Of a DNA stretch of 38,235 bases, positions 1 through 8,453 are shown piece after piece. The notes below the pieces were generated by a model that did no database searches, was not told the DNA's origin, and saw nothing but the letters and a program-made list of their open reading frames with translations. Position 1 is the first letter of the stretch; each line of letters begins with the position of its first letter. The position numbers and the translations under genes are program-made. This stretch comes from Vulcanimicrobiota bacterium (GTDB lineage Bacteria; Vulcanimicrobiota; Vulcanimicrobiia; Vulcanimicrobiales; Vulcanimicrobiaceae), in NCBI GenBank assembly GCA_013043945.1, contig JABEUW010000007.1, positions 1 through 38,235 of the forward strand, in the 5' to 3' direction.

Positions 1-854
1 GACTGCGAGAGGTAGTTCCAATAATAGGCCGAGGTTTCGTGAAGCGCTTTTTTGCCCGGCGGGCAGCGCTTTCGCGCCGCGGCAAGATCGGTTACGGAGA
101 CGGGAGAGAGCACGCAGAGGTATTCAACCCAACGCTCTTCGTCAGGCTGGAGATCGATCGCCGTGTGTAATGCCCCGACGGGATCGGAGCCGAGCGATTC
201 GACCGTGTTTGAAAGTACCCCCGGGGATTCGTGTGCGACGAGCCTCGCGCGGTCGGAGTTGGTATCCCAACTCGTAGCGGGAGCGAGCGTAGAGAAGAGC
301 CGCACGTGCGATGGAACGCTCTGGTTCCAAACGACGATCCCGCCCAACTCGGCATCGAAACGCACCTGGACGTCCTGCGACGTATTCCCGCGCAATTCGC
401 AAAACCCGTAGATATCGAACGAAACCGGCGCCGTCGAGGCGTTTTTGAGGTGCACGCGATAGTACGCTGCAGGCGGTGGAACCGAGGCGGCTTCCTGGCC
501 GCCCGCATTGTAAGCAAAAACCTGTTCGTGAACGTGAACGCCGTTATTGAGTTGGTAGGTGTAATCTTGGCGCTCGGGATGAATGTGAAATTCGCCGCCG
601 TGACGGGTTAAGCGCAGGGTGCTGCGCCGATCCCAGAACGATATTCCGAGGGCGCCGAAATAATCGAAGCCGGCATCGGGGCTGTAGATTTTGGCGATCG
701 CTCCGGTAGGCTTCAATACGACCGTGCAGCGAGGTGCGCCGAGGGTGCTCCCCTGCGCCATCTGATCGTCGTCGAGAATATAGGCGAAGCGTGGGTTCGC
801 CGCGCTTCCGCTCGAGAGATCCGTCGCCATGTCGACCATGTCGTATCGCGTCAT
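1..854 (-). CDS. Partial CDS (N-terminal ~284 aa; 3' end lies beyond window start). Uncharacterised, possibly the N-terminal beta-sandwich of a GH94/glycoside-phosphorylase-like enzyme
   Basis: Absent from the supplied ORF track because it has no stop inside the window. My translation of the minus strand from ATG at 854-852 is stop-free down to position 1 (MTRYDMVDMATDLSSGSAANPRFAYILDDDQMAQGSTLGAPRCTVVLKPTGAIAKIYSPDAGFDYFGALGISFWDRRSTLRLTRHGGEFHIHPERQDYTYQLNNGVHVHEQVFAYN...SAYYWNYLSQ). The ATG overlaps the TAA stop of the upstream SDR gene (TAATG). The function guess rests only on remembered resemblance to cellobiose-phosphorylase N-domains. Confidence 0.6.
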   Translation of the reverse strand, partial: MTRYDMVDMATDLSSGSAANPRFAYILDDDQMAQGSTLGAPRCTVVLKPTGAIAKIYSPDAGFDYFGALGISFWDRRSTLRLTRHGGEFHIHPERQDYTYQLNNGVHVHEQVFAYNAGGQEAASVPPPAAYYRVHLKNASTAPVSFDIYGFCELRGNTSQDVQVRFDAELGGIVVWNQSVPSHVRLFSTLAPATSWDTNSDRARLVAHESPGVLSNTVESLGSDPVGALHTAIDLQPDEERWVEYLCVLSPVSVTDLAAARKRCPPGKKALHETSAYYWNYLSQ

Positions 855-1621
855 TAGAGCGAGCCCGCTTGGCGCATCATGCCGCCGTCGATAACGACGG
901 TCGTTCCGGTTATATAGGATGCGGCTTCGCTACAGAGCCAAAGAACCAACCCCGCAACCTCTTCGGGCTTTCCCCAACGGTGCAACGGAATTTCGGCGAG
1001 TAACTCGTTGTCGAGTTTCTTGTTCGCAATCGTCGCGGCGTCCATCGGCGTATCGATCGCGCCAGGTGCAACGTTGTTGACGGTAATGTCGTACTGCGCG
1101 AGTTCGACCGCAATCGTTCGTGCGAGCATGCGCAAGCCGCCCTTCGACGCGCAGTATGGTGCATTCGTCGGCGCGGCGATCTCTTCGTGGATCGAGGAAA
1201 CGTTCACGATACGGCCGCCGTGCGCTTGCGCGATCATTTGCTTCGCTGCGGAGCGGCTACAGTAAAATGGACCGCTCAAATTAACCGCGATCTCGCGCTG
1301 CCAGACGTCGTCGGGGGTATCGACGAAGGGATAACGCGCTTCGATTCCGGCGTTATTGACGAGAATATCGAGCCTGCCGAATGCCGCGACCGCCGCTGCG
1401 ACGAGTCGGTCGGCGTCGGCGGGCAACGAGACGTTCGCCTCACACGCGACCGCTGCACAGCCGCGGCCCTGTAACTCGGCGACGAGCGCACGGGCCGGGG
1501 CGGGATCCCCGACGTAGTCGATGACGATATTGGTGGCGGCGGCAGAGAGTGCGCGGACGATGGCGGCGCCGATCCCGGTCGCTCCGCCGGTGACGATGGC
1601 GGTGCGTTCCTGTGATAGCAT
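854..1621 (-). CDS. SDR-family oxidoreductase (glucose 1-dehydrogenase / 3-oxoacyl-ACP reductase-like)
   Basis: ORF 854..1840 trimmed to the ATG at 1621 (MLSQERTAIVTGGATGIGAAI...). It has the Rossmann TGGxxGIG motif, NNAG, the catalytic YxxxK (YCASKGG) and PGAIDTP. The 73 upstream codons of the track ORF are not SDR-like and run into the divergent flagellin leader. Confidence 0.9.
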   Translation of the reverse strand: MLSQERTAIVTGGATGIGAAIVRALSAAATNIVIDYVGDPAPARALVAELQGRGCAAVACEANVSLPADADRLVAAAVAAFGRLDILVNNAGIEARYPFVDTPDDVWQREIAVNLSGPFYCSRSAAKQMIAQAHGGRIVNVSSIHEEIAAPTNAPYCASKGGLRMLARTIAVELAQYDITVNNVAPGAIDTPMDAATIANKKLDNELLAEIPLHRWGKPEEVAGLVLWLCSEAASYITGTTVVIDGGMMRQAGSL

Positions 1622-1787
1622 ATCGGTCGCTGTGCCCCACCCGGCGGCCTTCTCCTTCACAAGCAAGCCCTTGCGCCGAGCCGAGGCGGCCTTATTGTGC
1701 AGACGGATTATAGGCCGAATCTTAACCCTACCTGGCAGTGGGAGCGGGGATCGCCGAGAACGTTGCAACTGGGCAAGGAAGCCATCT

Positions 1788-3677
1788 ATGAACGGATTCT
1801 CGATAGCGACGAACGTGAACGCGGCCTCTGCGCAGTTCAACCTGAATTTGCGTCAGTCTGCCTTGCAATCCGATGTGAGCAAGCTTTCCTCCGGGCTGCG
1901 GATCCAGAGCGCGGTCGACGACCCCTCGGGGTTTGCAATTTCCCAGAACCTCCAGGCGCAGGTCGCCGGCTATCAGGCCGCGATCGGGAACGTGCAGACC
2001 GCGAAGAACGCTGCCTTCGTCGCCGAGCAGTCGTTGAGCACGATCACGAATATTCTGCAACGCATCCGCTCGCTCGCGATCGAAGCGGCAAACGATGTCT
2101 CATCGAATTTGGATCGCGCCAACATCCAGGCGGAGGTCGATCAGCTTCGGGCGGAGATCGTCACGATCGTTCGCGATACGAACTTTAATGGGACACAATT
2201 GCTCGATGGCTCCAACGCATTCAATCTTGCATTCAACGGTGCGCCGATTCTCCCCGGCGCGGCCTCGCCCGGTCCGGCGCTGAATAATGCATCGTTCGAG
2301 AGCCCGAATGTTGGTTCGGGAACTTTTAACGCTTTCAAATACGATCCGACCGGAGCGGGCTGGACCTTCTCACCCCGTTCCGGTATTACCGGCATCAACA
2401 GCGGTTTTTCATCGGGCGCTCCGCCGCCGCCGAACGGCGTGCAAGAGGGCTTCATCCAAAGCGCGAGCGGGTCGGACGGCAGTATCACGCAAAACGTTAC
2501 CCTTCAGGCGAACACCGTCTATACCGTGACGTTCGCAGCGACGCAACGGAAAAATTACCAGAATGGCGGCGAGGTCGTTCTCGTACAACTCGACGGGCAA
2601 AACATCGGGCGAGTTTTTGCAACGAGTGGTACCTATTCGTTCTACTCATCGGCGCCGATCGTCACGAGTGCCGGCGTGCATACGTTGAGTTTCGTTGGCG
2701 TCGACCCCAACGGGCTGGACAATACAGCGTTTATCGATAACGTCAAAATCGTTGGGCAATCGCTTCCGTACGCGGGGCCAGCGGTTCCGGACGGGAGCTT
2801 CGAGCAAGTGCCGATCAACGCCGGCTACAGCTTCGGTGCGTTTCAGTACGATCCAACGGGAACGCCGTGGTTCTTTACCGGAAGTGCAGGCGTCTCGTCG
2901 AATGGCTCGGGTTTTACGGCGAGCAATCCGATCGCCCCCGACGGCGGGCAGGTCGGGCTCATACAATATACCGGCTCGATGCAGGAGGATGTCAGCGGAT
3001 TCCAATCCGGCGTTACCTACGAACTCGGGCTCCTTGCGGCGAATCGCGTGAGTTCGCCCGGTGGGCAGACGCAGACGATCTCCATCTCGATCGACGGCCA
3101 GGCGATCGCAACCATTACGCCGACATCGGCGAATTACCAGCAGTTTTATACGTCATCGTTCGCGCCTGGTGCCGGAACGCACGTGTTGAAAATTACCGGA
3201 CTCGACCCGTACGGAAATGACGAAACGGCATTTATCGACCACCTGCAGATCTTTGCGAGCAACGCACCGACGACCCCTTCGACGTCGTTGACCGTACACG
3301 ATGGGGCGAGCGAGGGGAACCAGGCGTTGCTTACGTTGCCCGATGCACGCCCGGTCTCGTTAGGGGTCCCGTCGATCGATGTCTCAACCTTCGCCAATGC
3401 CGAGACGGCGATCGGACAGATGGATGGGGCGCTTGGAATTTTAATGCAGGCGCGTGCGCAACTTGGCGCTCAGGTCGTTGCACTCGGAGAAAATGCACAG
3501 AATGGTGCGCTTGCGGTGCTCAACGAAACCAACGCGCTTTCGAGCATTCGCGATCTTAACATCGGCAAAGCGGTGGGGAATTTCACGCGCGATTCGGTTC
3601 TCCAGCAAGTCGCCGCCTCCGTGCTCGCCCAAGCAAATAACGATCCGCGCTTCGTACTGGTGTTATTTAAACCATAG
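1788..3677 (+). CDS. fliC: Flagellin, 629 aa, with an enlarged central region made of two tandem ~155-aa modules
   Basis: ORF 1521..3677 trimmed to the ATG at 1788, with GGAAG 8 nt upstream. The N-terminus is a flagellin D0/D1 signature (MNGFSIATNVNAASAQFNL...LSSGLRIQSAVDDPSGFAISQ...TNFNGTQLLDGS). The C-terminus matches too (...ARAQLGAQVVALGENAQN...LQQVAASVLAQANNDPRFVLVLFKP). Confidence 0.92.
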   Translation: MNGFSIATNVNAASAQFNLNLRQSALQSDVSKLSSGLRIQSAVDDPSGFAISQNLQAQVAGYQAAIGNVQTAKNAAFVAEQSLSTITNILQRIRSLAIEAANDVSSNLDRANIQAEVDQLRAEIVTIVRDTNFNGTQLLDGSNAFNLAFNGAPILPGAASPGPALNNASFESPNVGSGTFNAFKYDPTGAGWTFSPRSGITGINSGFSSGAPPPPNGVQEGFIQSASGSDGSITQNVTLQANTVYTVTFAATQRKNYQNGGEVVLVQLDGQNIGRVFATSGTYSFYSSAPIVTSAGVHTLSFVGVDPNGLDNTAFIDNVKIVGQSLPYAGPAVPDGSFEQVPINAGYSFGAFQYDPTGTPWFFTGSAGVSSNGSGFTASNPIAPDGGQVGLIQYTGSMQEDVSGFQSGVTYELGLLAANRVSSPGGQTQTISISIDGQAIATITPTSANYQQFYTSSFAPGAGTHVLKITGLDPYGNDETAFIDHLQIFASNAPTTPSTSLTVHDGASEGNQALLTLPDARPVSLGVPSIDVSTFANAETAIGQMDGALGILMQARAQLGAQVVALGENAQNGALAVLNETNALSSIRDLNIGKAVGNFTRDSVLQQVAASVLAQANNDPRFVLVLFKP

Positions 3678-3699
3678 CGCGCATGATGGCGCTCGGAGT

Positions 3700-3744
3700 G
3701 CAGCAGGCACGGAGAGATAGAAAAAGTGCAAAAGTGCCTGCTGC
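3700..3744 (+). terminator. Stem-loop downstream of flagellin (possible terminator)
   Basis: Perfect 11-bp inverted repeat GCAGCAGGCAC (3700-3710) / GTGCCTGCTGC (3734-3744). The loop is 23 nt and there is no clear U-tract, so the assignment is weak. Confidence 0.35.
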
Positions 3745-3900
3745 GCCTACGAGCTTTCCGATCGACGTTCAGGTTCCTGTCGAAAATTGACGAAAATTTT
3801 ACACTAAGGACTCTCGACACATAGGTGCCTCGGGCCACTCGCCACCGTCGGCAGAGATCCAGGCTCCGAGGACGCGATGCGATGGGCGCGAAGCCTAGGA

Positions 3901-6155
<2,255 letters not shown>

Positions 6156-6159
6156 GGCG

Positions 6160-6816
6160 CTACGGGCTCCCGATGCTGTTGGTTGAGGAAATCCAGTAAC
6201 GTTCGTCGGGCGTAGGATTGCGCAGCGCGATTCCGCGCGTCGCATGCACGCTCCGCGCGATGCGGCGCCAGATGCGCGTGACTTTCACGACGTAATGCTG
6301 GGTTTCGTAATACGGCGGAATGCCGCCGTATTCGACCACGGCTTTCGGCCCCGCGTTATATGCTGCGATCGCGTTTCGATATGGGTGGTGGGTTTTGGCG
6401 AACCGTTGCACCTGCTCGCTGAGGTAGCGCGCGGCCCCGGAGAGGTTCTGCAGCGGATCGTGCGGATCGACTCCCATTCGCGCCGCGGTTCCCGGCATCA
6501 ACTGCCCCAATCCGACCGCTCCCGCCCACGAACGCGCGTGCGTATGCCAGCTCGATTCCACCGTGACGAGCGCGACGAGTAAATTCGCGTCGATGTGGTA
6601 GTGCCACGCGCTGCGTAGCGCGTGGAGCGCGAGTTGTTCGCGCTGCCAACGCGGCATCTGCGGGTTCGCCTTCTGCAGAAAACGTGCGTAGGCGCGGGCA
6701 TTCCCGATCGTCGCCGGAATCGGCTGGGGGCGGGGAGCCGCGAGGAGGCGTTGCGGCGCGAGGAGGAGCAGGCCCACAGCAAATGCCGCGGGGAGCAGGG
6801 TTCGAATTCTCCGCAT
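6160..6816 (-). CDS. Secreted lytic transglycosylase (SLT domain)
   Basis: ORF 6160..6933 trimmed to the ATG at 6816, giving the signal peptide MRRIRTLLPAAFAVGLLLLAPQRLLA. SLT motifs are VESSW (catalytic Glu), GLGQLMPGTA and AYNAGPKAV. Confidence 0.85.
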   Translation of the reverse strand: MRRIRTLLPAAFAVGLLLLAPQRLLAAPRPQPIPATIGNARAYARFLQKANPQMPRWQREQLALHALRSAWHYHIDANLLVALVTVESSWHTHARSWAGAVGLGQLMPGTAARMGVDPHDPLQNLSGAARYLSEQVQRFAKTHHPYRNAIAAYNAGPKAVVEYGGIPPYYETQHYVVKVTRIWRRIARSVHATRGIALRNPTPDERYWISSTNSIGSP

Positions 6817-6853
6817 GGAGGCCGAGGGTTCGCGCCGTGCCGAAGAGAGCCCT

Positions 6854-7009
6854 ATGAGCCGATTTTCACAGATGAGCCCCACCGGTAAACGTGCCTGGGG
6901 GGTAGGGTTGATCCTCTTTTTCGTCCTGCTCATCGCCGCTATCGGCTATTCCCAGTGGTACGCGATTCACGTCAACGTGCCGCACTACGAACGCTCCGGC
7001 ACTCCATAA
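6854..7009 (+). CDS. Possible small membrane protein (51 aa)
   Basis: MSRFSQMSPTGKRAWGVGLILFFVLLIAAIGYSQWY... has one clear TM helix, and GAAGAGAG lies 5 nt upstream of the ATG at 6854. I recognise no homology, so it could be a chance ORF. Confidence 0.3.
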   Translation: MSRFSQMSPTGKRAWGVGLILFFVLLIAAIGYSQWYAIHVNVPHYERSGTP

Positions 7010-7045
7010 CGGCAGGATCGCCTCCCGCGTGCGCTGCATTTCCTA

Positions 7046-7118
7046 TAGGAGAGGGTGGAGGGGTTCGCCCTGCGTCGATTTGGCGCGAATCGCCCGCCGT
7101 GGGCCAATGACTCCTGAC
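7046..7118 (+). promoter_or_regulatory. Probable fluoride riboswitch (crcB motif), atypical spacing
   Basis: GGGUGGAGGGGUUCGCCC ... GCCCGCCGUGGGCCAAUGACUCCUGAC contains the conserved UGGAG..GUUCGCC block and the 3' AAUGACUCCU block (pseudoknot GGAG/CUCC). A P3-like hairpin GCCC/GGGC is present. An additional hairpin CGAUU-UGGCGCG-AAUCG (7076-7092) sits in the linker. The element lies directly upstream of DUF190-crcB. Confidence 0.55.
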
Positions 7119-7153
7119 GAGCTATCGAGTTCTTCAGAAGGGGTCCACAGAAC

Positions 7154-7489
7154 ATGACGACACATGCGCAGCTCATGCGCGTCTACCTTGACGAGGGCGA
7201 TCGCTTCGGGGATCGTCCCGCTTACGTTGCGCTCGTCGAGCGTTTGCGCGATGCGGGGGTCGAGGGCGCGAGCGTCTTCAAAGGAATCGAGGGTTTCGGA
7301 GCGCGGCGCACCGTCCACGCAGCTCGCGTCTTCGATCTCTCCACCGATTTACCGGTCGTCATCGAGGTGATCGAGAGCCGCGAAAAGATCGATGCGATCC
7401 TGCCGATCGTTCGCGAGGTCGTCGCCGAAGGGCTCGTCACGCTCGAAGAGCTCGAGCTTCTCCGCCTGGGCTCGGGGGCCCGCGAGTAA
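7154..7489 (+). CDS. DUF190 domain protein (PII-like, crcB-associated)
   Basis: 111 aa. MRVYLDEGDRFGDRPAYVALVERLRDAGVEGASVFKGIEGFG...PVVIEVIESREKIDAILPIV is the typical DUF190 pattern. Its stop overlaps the crcB start (TAATG). Confidence 0.85.
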   Translation: MTTHAQLMRVYLDEGDRFGDRPAYVALVERLRDAGVEGASVFKGIEGFGARRTVHAARVFDLSTDLPVVIEVIESREKIDAILPIVREVVAEGLVTLEELELLRLGSGARE

Positions 7490-7878
7490 TGGGGCTCAAA
7501 GCGATCCTCGCCGTCGCACTCGGCGGTGGGCTCGGCTCGGCGCTGCGATATATCGTCAACTTCCTCGTCGTCGCACGCTTCGGGCCCGGCTTTCCGCTCG
7601 GCACACTGCTCATTAACATGACCGGGAGTCTCCTCATCGGAGTCGTCGCCGAACTCGCTGCGACATCATCGCTGGGGATGAGCCCACTGCTCCGTCTCTT
7701 TCTTGCCGTCGGCGTGCTCGGTGGCTATACGACGTTCTCAACCTTCGCGCTCGATACGGTGACGTTGGTCGGCGATCGGGCGCTCGGTATCGCCACGATG
7801 TACGCACTTGGAAGCGTCGCGCTCGGCGTCCTTGCCGCATTTGCCGGGCAGGTGCTCGTGCGCTTCGCAATCCGATAG
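7489..7878 (+). CDS. crcB: Fluoride channel CrcB/FluC
   Basis: 129 aa with 4 TM helices. Motifs are LGGGLGSALRY, FPLGTLLINMTGSLLIG and LGGYTTFSTFALD. Confidence 0.93.
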   Translation: MGLKAILAVALGGGLGSALRYIVNFLVVARFGPGFPLGTLLINMTGSLLIGVVAELAATSSLGMSPLLRLFLAVGVLGGYTTFSTFALDTVTLVGDRALGIATMYALGSVALGVLAAFAGQVLVRFAIR

Positions 7879-7948
7879 CGGAAGCGTTCCCCGCGCGCCT
7901 TCCACGACCGGAGCAACCCCGCCATCGCCGAGCGAGTTATAGTTCGTG

Positions 7949-7970
7949 GCTCCCTTATCGGGAGCGTTTT
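7949..7970 (+). terminator. Putative intrinsic terminator after crcB
   Basis: GCUCCC-UUAUC-GGGAGC hairpin (6 bp) followed by GUUUUA. Confidence 0.5.
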
Positions 7971-8004
7971 AGCACGCAGACATCATCGCAAAAGGGGAGC
8001 ATGC

Positions 8005-8376
8005 ATGCACGATCAAGAGTTGGTCGAACGCGTCGAAGCTATGAGCGCGCAAGAGATCGACGGATTACCCGTCGGTGTTATCACCTTGGGGCTCGACGGC
8101 AAGATCGTACGCTACAATCGTACTGAGGCCGAGATGGCGCGCCTGGATCAGAAATCCCAGGTCGGACGAAACTTCTTCACCGAAGTCGCGCCCTGTACCG
8201 CGAACCCGGAGTTCCAGGGGCGCTTCGATACCCTTGCCGCAAAGTCGAGCGGGGGAATCGAGACCTTCGATTACACCTTCCGTTTTGCTTGGGGCGCACA
8301 GCGCGTGCATATTACGTTCGTTCGGAAAGCGGGGCGTGACGATATCGACGTGTTGATCACGCGCATGTCGGCCTAG
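8005..8376 (+). CDS. pyp: Photoactive yellow protein (PYP) homolog, stand-alone PAS domain
   Basis: 123 aa, collinear with Halorhodospira PYP. GLPVGVITLGLDGKIVRYNRTEAEMARLDQKSQVGRNFFTEVAPCTANPEFQGRF aligns with [55 protein letters not shown]. The equivalents of Tyr42, Glu46 and the chromophore Cys69 are present (Y37, E41, C64; Cys codon TGT at 8194-8196). AAGGGGAG lies upstream. Confidence 0.85.
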   Translation: MHDQELVERVEAMSAQEIDGLPVGVITLGLDGKIVRYNRTEAEMARLDQKSQVGRNFFTEVAPCTANPEFQGRFDTLAAKSSGGIETFDYTFRFAWGAQRVHITFVRKAGRDDIDVLITRMSA

Positions 8377-8400
8377 AATCCTCGGTTTTGAGCAACATTT

Positions 8401-8428
8401 GAGGCCGCGCTCGCAGGAGCGCGGCCTC
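8401..8428 (+). terminator. Strong GC hairpin after pyp (terminator-like, no U-tract)
   Basis: Perfect 12-bp stem GAGGCCGCGCUC / GAGCGCGGCCUC with a GCAG loop. Confidence 0.5.
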
Positions 8429-8453
8429 TGCTATCGGACTCCTCGGCCTGAAT

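Noticed and set aside
1714-1760. Sigma28 (GCCGAGAA at 1753-1760; GCCGAATC at 1714-1721) or sigma54 (TGGCAG at 1733-1738) promoter for the flagellin
   Set aside because: Only the -10-like halves match. No TAAA-type -35 lies at the required 15-nt spacing, and the GG/GC spacing is 10 nt rather than 12 nt for sigma54. This is not supportable by eye.
1521-1787. 89-codon N-terminal extension of the flagellin ORF (track start 1521)
   Set aside because: The extension is not flagellin-like and overlaps the divergent SDR gene. The canonical flagellin N-terminus begins at the ATG at 1788, which has an SD.
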